DNA of 63,118 bases, filler included, from Octopus bimaculoides (GCF_001194135.2; 5 parts of 4 records of this genome joined end to end with filler, not necessarily neighbours in it), one strand, 5' to 3'; numbered from the whole stretch's first letter, positions 23,301 to 37,480 are shown. Notes: a model not told the origin generated them from the sequence alone. Program-made: numbers and translations.

Positions 23301-24727
23301 AAGCTACAGGAAACCAAAAGACGAATGATCACAATAAGCAGTCAGCTACCCTACTCTAGTCATTACTACTTCCTAATGTTGGATTCCTCACCATACAGGT
23401 GACAGGTACAGCTGTAAGATGCATTACGGATCTATAGCAATTGGAAGGGCATGACCCAACTCAAACATTAACAACTGTGTGATGTGAGGGCTAAGGGGAA
23501 ATGAAAGTGTCACCTCTGGAGTTTGAAAATGACCACTATACCGATAGGTAACTGGACAGAATAAATTTACAATCTATAAATGTCTTTCAGTAACCAGTCA
23601 CTCTTCTGGGAAGGCCTTGAAATCAATGTTACCAACTGGGGACTATGTGTGACCCAGTGATAATAAAAAGACTCAAAGGTGGTCTGCAGCAAATAACTTT
23701 ACTCAACACTTTGGAACTGAATCAGTGGAGGCAAAGATGCCTCTAATTTACTTGACAATTTATGCACCACATTGCAGAAATCACAATCTAAGTATAACTC
23801 AAAGCAAACTCTTACACTGTTGTACCATTGAATTACAAATAACGCTCATCTTTTATGCTCAGGTAACCCTACAGCTTCCAAGAGTACAACTGTATTCGTC
23901 TTTGCTTAGATAAAATGACTAAATTGTGGGTGTTAAGCCCCCCATGAAGAGGTCTTTCTAACTTTTAAGAAGATGAAATTTTAGAAATATTACTTCATTT
24001 GTGTCTAATATCTATGGTTAAAATTTCATCAACAGCAAAAATATATGAATTTTCATGGGGGTTATTCTATGTCCTTATGCATAGAATATAATTTCCAAAT
24101 TTCATAAAGTACTTTTGACCTTCCTCTCTAAATAACTCCTGATTAATATTTAACATTATATATTGTAGCACAATTCAGTATAATCTTGTACTATTTTAAT
24201 TCTTGGTCTTAAGAATTACTAATAGAAGAAGTTTTAAAGTTTTTTTTTTATGTGTATACATCTGTAACTCTTACTAATAATGAAACATATGTAATGGTGA
24301 ATAAATAATACCAAAAACTTTCTAGTCTTCTGTTTATACACACACACACACACACACATATTCTAAATTCCATACTACTCAGTTTATGAAAGAGACAAAT
24401 GAGTCATTCATGATTTTTCAAGAGCTTCTACTGCATAACTGGGTTAAAGTAGTTGCAACTAGAAATTAAAAACTGCCTGCATGATTCTCAATGTTACTCT
24501 TTGGCAATTTTCTTAAAATTTAGTAATAAAGGCTTCATTTGAATGAGACTGGAAATTGGTTGAGTACCAGACACAATGATTTACAGTATTTACTAATGTA
24601 TCAAGCCAAATCTTGTTGAGAGGAAAGTGATTTTGTGTGTTATTTCTCTGGGTCAACAAAATAAATATCAGTAATGTACTATAGGTGACTATATTTCTCT
24701 CTTAAAAGTATATTAGAAAGCATAGAG

Positions 24728-25059
24728 CAGTGTTTCCCAACCTTTTTTCCCGGCGCCCCACTTTTTCATAGCAAAAGTTTTTACGCCCCACCTTTTCCCA
24801 TGTCCACTCACATTTACAAGTACATGTGGGCCTACTTACAATTGAAAAAAATCAAAAATTAAAAAATTGTATTCAAAATACAAAAAAATAGCTTGAGAAT
24901 TGAAACGACAGGCACTGAAAGTGCATAACACCCAATAAATCGATAAAATTATTACGATTTCTCATGTTTTTAAAAAATGTCAATTTATAAAGAATAAAGA
25001 AACACGTTTTTTCAGTTCAATTATTTGACGGTCAGCTCGACTAATTTAGTGAGAACTCT
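24728..25059 (+). mobile_element. hAT-like MITE left end
   Basis: CAGTGTTTCCCAACCTTTTT start typical of hAT/Charlie TIRs; right end lost in the gap. Confidence 0.6.
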
Positions 25060-25235
25060 NNNNNNNNNNNNNNNNNNNNNNNNNNNNNNNNNNNNNNNNN
25101 NNNTTAATTAATTAANNNNNNNNNNNNNNNNNNNNNNNNNNNNNNNNNNNNNNNNNNNNTACAAATTATACCTTCCATAGGAATAGGTGATGTTGATAAG
25201 AATGTAATCGATATATATATATATATATATATATT

Positions 25236-28200
25236 CCTTTCATTCTGATCGTTTGACGTTTTCCAAACTTCCATTAAGAAAAGGTCGCTATGTGTTACTT
25301 ATAAGTGCATATGATCCAACTATGAATACATAAGAGGATGATAAACTTGCTTACTATCTGTCACTTACAGAGATTATACGCAGTATCCCCCATGATAACG
25401 ATGTTGTCATTTTACGTGATTTTAATGCTCGCGTTGGTGCAGATTGGGGTGCCTTAAGAAAACATAAATTTGGGAGTTCCAACAGTAATGGTTTACTACT
25501 CTTACAAATGTGCGTAGACATGGATTTGTGTGTATTGAATACAATGTTCCAACTAAAGAATAAGTATAAAATGACATGAATGAACCTTTGTTCTAAGAAA
25601 TGGCATCTTATAGATTACATCCTCACTAGGAAACGAGATACTAGGGTATTTGCTATTGTACGAGTGATGCGTGGAGCAGAGCGCTGGATTGACCATAGGC
25701 TTTTGCATGCCAAGGTGATTCTTGTTGTCAATCCTAAGGTTAGAGCAAATAATGATAAGTTACTTAAACGGATTGATGTCAATAAACTTAAGATTCCATC
25801 AGTACGCAATGAATTTGTGAGATAAATTATTTGTCCTGTAATGGAAGTTGGAAGTCAGTCAAATAAACAGTATACGAGGAGGCTTGTAGTAACATTCTTG
25901 GCTTTGCTGTCAAAAAACACAACAAACTGGTTTGACGATAATGATGAAGAAGTTAGTCTTATCTTAGAAGAGAAGCGAAAGGCATTTAACATGTTGCAAA
26001 GTGTTGACATGTCAGCGAACAGGAGACTGACTACATATTTTTAAAGCAGTAAAATCAACATAGCAGAAGAAGCTGAGGTCGATACAGGAAAATTAGTGTC
26101 GTCATAGATGCGATGAAATCCAAGAAGCTTCAAATGCTAACAATTCCAAACACTTTTACTCTCTCTTGAAAAATGTTTGTGGACCAGTTCCATCAAAAGT
26201 TGCACCGCTTCGGAGCAAGGATGGTATGGAATTATTAACAAATCCTAAAGATATTGTTGTGAGATGGAAAGAGCATTTTGATGAGTTGACTTCTCTTTTC
26301 TTGATAATATACCTGAAAGACCAATTAAACATCTTTTAGCAGAAGTTCCAAACCTGGATGAAATAAAAGCAGCAATCAGGAAATTGAACAATGGAAAGGT
26401 CCCTCGTATGGATGGAATACGTGCGGAGATATATAGATATGGTGGTGATCATCACTGTACAATGTTGACTGATGTGATTAAGAGGGGTTGGCATAGTGAA
26501 GAGATTCCTCCGGATTGGCGTGATGCAACTATGGAGAAACTATATAAATCTAAACGTAGAAAGGATGACTGATAATTATCGCGGCATTTGTCTGCTAGCT
26601 GTTGCTGGAAAGGCTTGGCAGATTGCTTCTGCTCATTGGTGAGGTTCTAGCAGAATTGCAGTGTGGGTTTAGGTATAGTAGGAATGCTATGGATATGATA
26701 TTTTCAGCTAGACGGTTGCAAGAGAAATGCATCGAACAGGATATGGACCTATCCCAGGTTTTCATTCATCTAACAAAAACGTTTGATGCTATCAACAGAA
26801 TTGCACATTGGGAGATCCTAAAAAAGTTAGGTTGCCCTGAAAGATTTGTGAGAATGCTTGGGAGTTAAAGTTAGAGGTAACTTATCAGACCCAATTTCTG
26901 TAGAAAACGGTGTAAAACAAGATGATATACCTGCTCCTACATTGTTTGCTATGTATTTTGCAATAGTCTTTCAAATAGTTTTGTAAAGATTGCACTGAAG
27001 GGGTCTATATAAGATATAGGACAACGGGAAAACTGTTCAATCTGAAAATAGTCTATGCCAAAACGAAAGTTCTGCATTCTCTCCTCGTTGAGTTCCTGTA
27101 TGTTGACGATTGTAACCAGATGGCACATTCCCAGAAAGCTAAGTTCATATGGTGAATGCGATTTCTGCAGCATGTGCAGTATTGTGTCAAACAATCAATC
27201 TAAAAAAACTGTTATAACGTATCAGGTCGCTCCCTCCAAGATGTATGTGGAACCCTTTATAACTGTGAATGGTCAAACGTTGGAGATTGTTCCTAGATTT
27301 ATTTATTTAGGATGTACCACGAGTGCTGCTGGTTTTGATGCTGAAATTTCATACAGAATCAGCAGGGCTTGTAGTGATTTTGGTAGGCTTGATAGGCGTC
27401 AGTGGAAACAACATAATATATCTTCACAAATTAAAGTTAAGGGATATAACACGTGCGTCCTCCGATCTTTGCTATATGGGAGGGAAGCATGGGTTGCTTA
27501 GCGCAGGCATGTAAGGCATTTGGAATGATACCATCAATATTGCCTGAGAAACATTTAAGGGATGAACTGGAAAATGGCCCTTAGTAATGTACAGGTGTTT
27601 GAGAGGAGCGGCAGTAGAAGTATAGAGTCAATGATTTTGCAAAGATGTTCGAGGCGGGGTGGATATTTGGCAAGGATGAGGGGTGCCCAAGCAGCTATTG
27701 TATGGTCAGCTAGAAGATGGCAGGAGACCAGCGCATAATCCTAAACTAAGGTTTAAGGATTGCTTTAAAATGCTCTAGTACAGACGGGAATTGCTGCTGG
27801 TGATTGGAAGAGGGAGGCACAAGACCGCGATGGATGAAGGAAGATAGTACATAGTGGTTGTTCAAGCTTTGAGGGTGGAAAGTGAAATATGAGAGAATAA
27901 GAGAGGGGCTTAGAAGGGAGAACCTATGGAAAGTGAGAGTGTTGATTTTGTGTGTGTAGTTTGTGGGAGTAGGTGTTTGAATTGCGCAGGCCTCGTGAGA
28001 CATCAAAACTCTTACAGGAATCGACCCATAAATAGTGATGTGGCTATTAACATTCAGAACAGAACATGTGTAAAATTAAAATGTAGAAGGGTGTGCCTCT
28101 CAGCTAGAGGTCTGAAAAGACATGTTAAGGGAGTGCATATGGTGGCATCGGTTTCGTCTGCCAGCCAGCAGAGTTTTGCTGTGTGTAATAAAATGTGTAA

Positions 28201-28260
28201 AAGTTTGGCTCGGCTTAAAAGTCATATAAGTGCATCATATGGCATTAACAATGAGTCATT
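25236..28260 (+). mobile_element. RTE-BovB-like LINE, most of the ORF (APE, RT, C-terminal zinc fingers), decayed
   Basis: LISAYDPT, DFNARVG, WHLIDYILTR, DHRLL (APE); ELQCGFR, QEKCIEQ, TFDAINR, LYGREAW (RT); CxxC..H repeats at 27950-28240; many stops. Confidence 0.9.
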
Positions 28261-28598
28261 TCACTAAGTCTTCTTGGAAATTGCTTTTCTCGTGTAACGA
28301 GGGTGCAGCTATGACATATATATANNNNNNNNNNNNNNNNNNNNNNNNNNNNNNNNNNNNNNNNNNNNNNNNNNNNNNNNNNNNNNNNNNNNNNNNNNNN
28401 NNNNNNNNNNNNNNNNNNNNNNNNNNNNNNNNNNNNNNNNNNNNNNNNNNNNNNNNNNNNNNNNNNNNNNNNNNNNNNNNNNNNNNNNNNNNNNNNNNNN
28501 NNNNNNNNNNNNNNNNNNNNNNNNNNNNNNNNNNNNNNNNNNNNNNNNNNNNNNNNNNNNNNNNNNNNNNNNNNNNNNNNNNNNNNNNNNNNNNNNNN

Positions 28599-28634
<36 letters not shown>

Positions 28635-29164
28635 TCACACACATACATATGCACATTCGTAACTAAGGCAGTATACGTACCAAACGTTAGAATTTTTCAT
28701 ATTATGCGTTGGCAGATTCTGTGACTTCCAGTTCAGCGACTACAATCTTTCTTTTCGATTTGATAAATACTACAACAAATTTCATACTATTGTTCCAACC
28801 ATAACTTTCTTTTACTTGATTTCGTAAATTATGCATCAGGTTTGTCTCTGTTTTGCATTATAATTTTTGCATAACAAAACGGTTTCTTCAGAAATATAAA
28901 TGGGAATCCACATTTTATAAAAATGATGTTGTTAGACTTTTTTACTGTAGAATAATTTTACTGCAAAAATATCAGTTTCAACGTATAGAGAAGAATCCAT
29001 TTAAGTTGTTCAATAACATTGCAATTTATGTATCTGCAATTCTATTAACGGTTTTTTTCTAACATTTTTCGTTGAATAATTGCAGCTGTAAAAATATAGT
29101 ATGATTTTCTAGACATATTTCTTTTTTATAGGAGAATGCATAAATAAATATAGTTATATTTCAA

Positions 29165-29421
29165 GGGAGGTGCGTGGCTTAGTGGTTTGGATTTCAGCAT
29201 CATGATTGTAAGATTGTGGCTTCGATTCCTGGACCGGCCGACGCGTTGTGTTATTGAGCAAACACTTCATTTCACGCTGTTCCAGTCCACTCAGCTGGTA
29301 GACATGAGTAACGCTGCGATGGACTGGTGTCTCGTCCAGCTGGCGAACACATACGCCATTGAAACCGGGAAACCGGGTCCATGAGCCTGGCTAGGCTTTA
29401 AAAGGGCGCATTTATTTATTT
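29165..29421 (+). mobile_element. tRNA-derived SINE family C (V-domain-like)
   Basis: A box TGGCTTAGTGG, B-box-like GGCTTCGATTCC, GCGATGGACTGG..GTCCAG block, (TTTA)n tail. Confidence 0.75.
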
Positions 29422-29782
29422 CATTTATATTCCAAGACTTACTCTCCACCGTTTACATTTTACGTAATATATTACATAGATACAGGATTTATATCTGTAT
29501 GTATACATGTACACACCCATATATATATATATAGCTTTGTGCGTTTGTGTGGGTGTGTATATGTGCTTATACAGGTTTATATATGGGTATGTATGTGTGT
29601 ATGCATTTAAAATGTAATAGGGTTAGATAGCTCGATAGCGAGACAGACAGATAAATATATATATATATATATANNNNNNNNNNNNNNNNNNNNNNNNNNN
29701 NNNNNNNNNNNNNNNNNNNNNNNNNNNNNNNNNNNNNNNNNNNNNNNNNNNNNNNNNNNNNNNNNNNNNNNNNNNNNNNNNN

Positions 29783-29824
<42 letters not shown>

Positions 29825-32800
29825 GCATTAATATATTCGTTGCGAGGATGCGAGAATAACGGAATGATTTAAAATTTCATTTTAAATGTATGAGTGCAAG
29901 AATTGCGAATCAGGAGATAAATACATGGCAATTATTTATTGTTAACATTATTTTGACGAAGGAATATGTTTACTTTATTAGTAATTAATGGTCCAGAAAT
30001 CATAAACTATATCAAAAGGATGCACATTTTACAGTAAATTGTATATGAATGAATCGTGAAAACAATGATATTTGTATTAAAATTTCGCAATAACTTTGTA
30101 GAAAATATAAACTAAACAATATCTCTATCATTATTTTAGTGTTCTACTTTGAGAATACCTGGAGATAATTTTGTTCTATAAATATTCAATTGGGAGAAAT
30201 CATTCAAATTGAAATCTTTATTTTTATTTGGGAATGAAAAGTAAAAGTATAAGAGTAAATCTTTAGGAGTAAATGCAAGCTACTTTTCACAAAATGTGGG
30301 CACATGCAGCATATTGCTATTTCCTAATGTTTCTGCTAAAGCTCATTCGTATGTATTTTCCGGAACGCACAACAGATTTGCGTTTCGAATACGATCGATG
30401 GTTAGTTACTCTTTAGAGAAAGATAGTTATTCATATTAGATAAAATAAATGTTTCCAATGGTGTGCTTTTCATACCCACCGATGATTATTGCCTCATGCA
30501 CCTGGTCAAATGATATATTTCTAAAAATGTTAAATCTATTAGGTTGAATATAGTTGCAGACGTTACGTATTATAGTAAGACGTAACAACATTGTAAATAT
30601 GAAATGTGCTTTATACTCTTGTAATACTGTTGTCAAACTCCGCTCTAGCATGGGAATCATCACTGAAGTAATTATATTTTTACTCTTATCGCTCAATCAT
30701 ACCAACTTCTGTCATTTCTTTATCCGAAATTTAGCTTTGAGTATTGGTTGCAAATGATGACATATGTAAAATATACGTTGTCTCGATATATGCGCAGTTA
30801 CACCTGTGTGCATTTGTTAATGTAAATTAAAGAAATGAGACCCACCAGCGCGCATGCATAAAACACATGAATAGATATCGGAAATAATTGCATTCCTATA
30901 TTAGGTGCATATATATTTTAGTTTATCGTTAAAATTCTTTTTTCATGAAAATACAGCAAACGTAGAATACAGGCCATGATTTTATTGGCCTTAGTATTCT
31001 AATAGTGGTAGTGAATAGAAAATTTGCTTTAGATTGCTGCATGTTCCAACAAATTTTAGATACTTGTCCTACATGGTCAGACATGAAAGAGAAAATCAGA
31101 TTGAACCAACTGAAGGGATGGGTGAATGTTCTACTAAAGATTTGTCCCTGGTGCTTGTACCAGACCAACACAAATAAAGCCTCCTAAAAAACAACTGCTG
31201 GCGTTAAACCAGGCAAAGATCTGTGTCTATCCACCGAGAAACATGATGCTCTTTACAAAAGGTTTTCGCAAAGTTTGTTGACATGTCTTTGGTCTGTCTA
31301 ATTCTGCACAATCCAAACTGAACTTAATGATATATAGTTACGAAATTTCAGGGCGAGGAATTCATTCATATGACAAATAAAAATTTGCCGTTTTGAAAAT
31401 AAGATAGTTATTCTACCATTTCCTCCATGCAATTTTAAGATATCTTCAATTTCCTCCAATGCAATATTATAATAACTATTGCTTAAGTATTTCAGAAGAT
31501 ACTTCTTTAATCCACGTAAGCAGTCGGTTTAGATTTATACCCAATTTAACCTTCTTATTTTCCCTCATTATACATATTGATGAGTCATTATAACTGCCCA
31601 TTAGTACACATCAATATGTAAGGACATAAGTACTCTTAATTTCTCACAATGGCAATGGACATAGATTTATAAAGGATGGGTATATGACATAGACGTTAGG
31701 TATAGAACTGTTAAGAAATTCTTTATCCCGTTTGTCATAGCATTTTTGCCTCTAATAACCAAATGTGATTTTAAAAATCGGTTTAATATTTTTGGAGATT
31801 TATTTTACTTTATATGAAATTCTATAGATTGACTTGTAAACCCACAGCCATCGCTGACTCTTCTATTCGTGATGTTGATGTGTATAATGCGTTGAGGTTA
31901 ATCATGCCTTTATATGGTTGATGAATAAATGTAATAAATATTATCTTCACAATTTCCAAAGTGTTTTAGTGCACACTCTTATGAGCAAACTGACAGTATA
32001 TAAATATCAGGAAGATGAAAACATTGTACATCGAATTATTTTCTAACCAGCTGGGCGAACGATGTAAAAGTCAACCACAGAGAAAGATAAATAGAGTAAT
32101 CAATATATGATTAGGCTAGGTGCACGGTTTAAATTCAGTTGGATAGTTTTTAGAGTGTATTCGATTTATTTGTGTAAAACAATTATAATTTAATCAATAT
32201 CAAAAATGTGTTTCGGATTAGAGGAGTAATTAATCAGTAGTGTGGGTGATTGGACCAAGCTTCTTTTCTATTGGCAGATTTGCTGTTGTTGTTGTTGTTG
32301 TTGCCGTCGTCGTCGTCGTCGTTGTTGTTGTTTTCGATCTTGTTAGCTGCAAGTCACGTGAAATTGTCTGAAGTATGACCAAAGGTGTTCTAGTAAAGAT
32401 CGTTCTCGCTCCAATCATATATCGTGTAAAGTGATCTGTATATTCGTTTCTTCTTTTGTGGGAGCTGAGGAAGATGCGGCTGCTACTTCTAGACGGCCAA
32501 ATGCTGATACGGATTCTTCCTCTTTCAAAGGAAGAGCAATTTCCCGTTAGTGAAAATAAAAATATGATCTGATCTTTACTAACGTAAAGATATCCAAAAG
32601 AATTCTGAAAACATGAGGCCTATTAACTGGAATAAAGCCCCAACATCCTAAAAGGTCGCTGGAAAGATCATTCATTTCTTTGACAATATTTTCAGCAGAT
32701 ACATCAAAAACAAATATCTAAATATTGTAGAATTTAGTTATATTCTGTTTTTTGCATCCTTGAATTATTTCTTTCTTATTTTATTTTATCCTGGATTTCC

Positions 32801-33351
32801 ATTCGAAATCCTTATACAAATATAAATTCATATCAATATACATTGAAGGTATGCTATTTGGAATAAGAATCCCCTGAGAGCATATATCTGTAAATGCTAA
32901 GTTAATAAAGTTATTAAAAAAAGGCCGCGCACATCTTTTCAGCTTAGCATATTCGTTTGTAAAAAAGGAATATGTTATTTAGTATTAGAATATATGAAAA
33001 AGTAGTTGAGAATTTACTCTAGTATATTTTAGCTTTGTCAGTTGATGTTAGCTCAGTTACTTATAGATATTTTCCTTTTTCGTGCTGTCAGAAATCAGGG
33101 CCGTATACTATAGGTGAAACTGACAACTTGACAACTAAACACATTTTGTTATAAAGAAGATATTTTGGCTGAGGTTTAAAGATGAGAACAAAAATAATGT
33201 TCGGTTGAACAGTAAAAGAAACAGAATTAATATAGTAACATATGAGACATTAGGGATTTTGAGTTAAATGTTAAATCTCTTTCGACATTAAGGAATAGGG
33301 TGTGCAAAAGGAATGTAAAGTTACAAAATAAAAGTTGGGGTGGGGAGTAAG

Positions 33352-33493
33352 CAGCGCAGAATGTTAGAAAAGCAAGTCAATTATATATAAAATACAAAAA
33401 CAAAAGCAAAATATAAAACAGCGCAGAATGTTAGAAAAGCAAGTGAATTATAAAAAACAAAACAGCTCAGAATGTTAGAAAACAAGTCAATTA
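33352..33493 (+). repeat. Three copies of a 31-32-bp unit separated by A-rich spacers
   Basis: CAGC(G/T)CAGAATGTTAGAAAA(G)CAAGT(C/G)AATTA at 33352, 33419 and 33463. Confidence 0.9.
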
Positions 33494-33658
33494 CATGGAA
33501 ATATATAAATATATAAAGATAAATTTTCATTTTTTTCATTTTCAATTTAAACAAATTTTTTTAATAAATTGATTAATGTTCGAAATGATTAAATTCTTGC
33601 TGAAGCAAAAAAGAATAAATAAAATACATACATACATACATACATACAATGTTATAGG

Positions 33659-34351
33659 TATCTAGGGGTGGATGAAAATATATTTTACAAAACACGTGTC
33701 ACTAAAGAATATTACAACCGAATAAAGAAAATTTATACCTCAGAACTCTGCATTCAATACAACAGTGGCCCACAATTTGTTTGCAGTGCCAGTACTCATA
33801 CCAACATTTAGGCTGCTTGATTGGCCGCTTGCTGAGATTTGAGCCATTGATGTGAAAACCCGAAAAATACTAACAACCACACGTATTTTCCACATAAACA
33901 GTGACGTAAACAAGGCAGCAAAGACTTAACATCGATCCAAAATGCCTTTGAATGTCGCATCATATCCTTTCGGCAACATCTTTTAACCACCAAGCGTCGA
34001 AGTGAATTCCTTGACCAAATTTGCATACATGAAGCTAATAACATTATAAGAACCTAGAATACGTGCCAAAAGAAGTCGCACGACTCTACAACATATCATC
34101 AGATGAAAGGATGGGCGTGTATGAGCAGAAGACTATGCATGGAGATGTTAGTAGAATGTTCCGTGATGATAGTAACATCGATTATCAGAGCAGTTTATCA
34201 TGGACGAATAGCCGGATTACTACCTCCCATTTTGAAGTGTATGCGTTTGCAATCCAGGAACATGAAATATCAACCAAGTACTTGATGCACAAAAGGGATA
34301 CAGATGCAAGTAAAGCCGTAAAATGTGACAACCTGTGCAGACTTTATGGAG
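33659..34351 (+). mobile_element. R4/Dong-like non-LTR retrotransposon fragment (RT end to zinc knuckle)
   Basis: YLGVDEN, AVPVLIPTF, IDVKTRKILT, KTMHG, FAIQEHEISTKYL, CDNLCRLY. Confidence 0.82.
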
Positions 34352-34615
34352 TTCAGGACGACCGTCGACCTCACGAACGAATGAAAGCACCACAAAAATC
34401 AAGGAACTGATCTTGGAGGACAGTCACTGAACAATTGAGGAACTTGTTGATATGATTCATGTCCTAGAATTCTTGCCAAGAAAATGTGGATGAGGAATTG
34501 CGAATAAAAAGAGTTACAGCAAGTTGTGCCTCGCTTGCTCACGGAAGATCAAAAACAGTCATGACTAAATGCGTGTCGTGAACTGAAAGAACAGTTGGAA
34601 GCTGATCTGGACCGG
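34352..34615 (+). mobile_element. Mariner transposase internal fragment
   Basis: SGRPSTSRTNESTTKIKELILED..TIEEL..PRLLTEDQKQS*LNACRELKEQL. Confidence 0.75.
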
Positions 34616-34887
34616 TGTTTCGAATTTTAGAATTTCATTTTAGAAATGAAATTCCATTATGCAGCTGAGGAGTACATTTTCATTGTACATTTTGTGTAGT
34701 GTTCTCACTACATGAATAAATGAAGTTTTACGAAACGTACGTACTGCTATAACGTATTGAATTTTTGTTGCTTTTCTTCATATATATNNNNNNNNNNNNN
34801 NNNNNNNNNNNNNNNNNNNNNNNNNNNNNNNTTAATTAATTAANNNNNNNNNNNNNNNNNNNNNNNNNNNNNNNNNNNNNNNNNNNN

Positions 34888-34938
<51 letters not shown>

Positions 34939-35214
34939 CACACACACACAAAACTAGAATGCACTCAATTACTCATTGGCACAGATTGTTTTTCCTTCAT
35001 CTCCGCCTCCTCCCCACGTTCTTCCGCTCCTCCTCCTCCACCGCCACCACCACTACCACCACTGCCACTACCTTATTTCTAATTTATATGAAAACACACA
35101 CGCACACAAATACATACACATACATACACTGTGCGAATAGATACGTGTTCATACATTTGCATACTCACACATACACATCTATGTGTGCGTATAAATATAT
35201 ATGGGCGTGTGTAA

Positions 35215-35245
<31 letters not shown>

Positions 35246-35393
35246 CAAGTATATATATAGACATAAGCATGTGTATGCTTGTATAGAAGTATATGTATGT
35301 ATGTGTCTGTGTGCGTATATGTATGTGTGTGTGCGTGCGTGTGTATACACACATACACACACTCATATATAAGTATCTATAGATATGTGTTAA

Positions 35394-35718
35394 GGTGCAT
35401 AGCTCAGTGGTTAGAGCGTCAAGCTCACAATCACAATAGTGAGTTCGATTCCCGGACCGGACTGTGTGTTGTATTCTTGAGCAAGACACTTTATTTCACA
35501 TTTCTCCAGTTAACTCAGCTGCAGAAATGCGTTGCGACGTCACTGGTGCCTTTGCCTTTGCTTTGGACAACATCGGTGGTGTGAAGACGGGTGGCTAGTA
35601 TGCATGGGCGACTACTGGTCTTCCATAAACAACCTTGCCCGAATTTTTGCCTCGGAGGAGAACTTTCTGGGTGTAATCACATGGTCATTTGTGACCGCAG
35701 GGGGTCTTTACCTTTTTT
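35394..35718 (+). mobile_element. tRNA-derived SINE family D
   Basis: A box TAGCTCAGTGG, B box GAGTTCGATTCCC, CORE-like TTGAGCAAGACACTT, T-rich tail. Confidence 0.8.
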
Positions 35719-35748
35719 ATGTTGATGTATATATTCATGTGTATATGA

Positions 35749-35804
<56 letters not shown>

Positions 35805-36544
35805 AATCTTAATTTCAAAACCAGATCTATGCATCGGAATGACTTTTGAGCAATTGTCTAAAACAACAACTTGAATATATCTGATTTTGATTGGAAGACT
35901 AAGATTTGTCTCCTGTCTATATGGCATTTATCCCAGTTTGACTGAAAAACATTTCACGTGCATGAAGCCAGCAGCTTGTAGATTGTGTTTTAATGGTTAT
36001 CATGAAATCGGTCAAACATGCACTAATACCTGTTTTGAAAGTAAGCTTCTCATAGTCAATTCTGCTGCTGCTGCTGGCGTTTGGATTGTGAAAAGTGCAT
36101 TAAAAAAATTAAACTAAGTTTTTTATATCATCTATCACTTAACGCATGCGCACATGAAATTCCATGAAATGTTCACGCTTATTTACGTGGCTGATATATG
36201 AAATTTAACTAAAGGTCGTATCATTTTGCCACAGTTATAACATAAGGAAACAATGTAATTATCTTGATTTCTATTATTGATATAAATTTGTTAAAAATGG
36301 TTTATCCCTTATGTTTGAAATCTATATGGTCATCTACTTCTGAAGAGAGCGGTTTCTTTTAAATTGATGTAATGTCTTCATTGATCAATTAAATGGAGCC
36401 GCTTGAAACAACCGTAATGTATTGACGCCTGTACATCCTTGTTACGTATTTACATTCTATTCACCTAACTTGGAGCTGTGCGGACTATAGCGAACTGGCA
36501 AGGTGCCTCAATTCAGGTACCTAATTCAACTGAATCTTTTATAA

Positions 36545-36579
<35 letters not shown>

Positions 36580-36580
<1 letters not shown>

Positions 36581-36740
36581 CACGATGGGATTCTTTTAGT
36601 TTCCGTCTACTAAATTCACTCACAAGGCTTTGGTCAACCCGGGTCTACAGAGAAGACACTTACCCAAGGTGTTGCTCAGTGGGACTGATCGCGAAATCAG
36701 GTGGTCGTAAAGCAGCGAGCGTCTTAAGTTCGCAGCCACT
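36580..36740 (-). mobile_element. SINE family A, 5' half, diverged
   Basis: Matches 22440-22598. Confidence 0.7.
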
Positions 36741-36939
36741 GTCTTTGATATGCAAGAAGTGTTGCGCTCATGCTCTTTGCAATCCTCCTAAGATGGATGA
36801 GATCAACGCGGTCAGTATTCATGGACAACTGTAAGAAAGAAAGAAACAAACAAACAAACTAACGAACGAACAAAAAGTAACAAACAAACAAACAAACAAA
36901 GATGAGTAGGGAAGGAATACCAGGGACTCGAAGTTTTAG

Positions 36940-37426
36940 GGGAGAAAGGTCTGCTAGTGCGGGATCCTGGATAGTCTATATAGAATACGGAGGAGAGACG
37001 AGCTGAGCGGCATCGGAGCGAACAGAGGTATTGCAAGACTAGACAACTCCGACACCGCAATAGAGTGAAAAAATAACACATCTGCAAGCCAGACGTTGGA
37101 GTTAGTGAGTAACGTCATGCAAACTAGTCATGTGACCTTTTAAACGTATAGATTGTCCTGTATGTGTTATGGTAGGAGTGTTCCAGATGAAGGAGCAATA
37201 TCTATTCCCTTGTGGGTCTCGTTTCAGCTTTGTATAGGAAAAGTAACTGTTAAGAGTTGAAGTATTTTCTGGTCTTGAAGAGAAAAACTAGTCTTTGTGG
37301 TGTAGTCTTTGTTTATGGTGAGGATGTGAGAACGCCAAGAGGGATCAGCCTTGATAATGATATCCAGCATTTGTGGCAATGTTAAGAGTTCTAATTGTCC
37401 GTCCGTGCGTGCGTGTGTGTGTGTGT

Positions 37427-37480
<54 letters not shown>

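Noticed and set aside
31005-32600. Short ORFs at 31005-31187 and 32230-32418 as genes
   Set aside because: No recognisable domain, weak splice signals, and one is driven by a triplet repeat.
33352-33493. CRISPR array
   Set aside because: Eukaryotic context, only three units, low-complexity spacers of unequal length and no cas genes.
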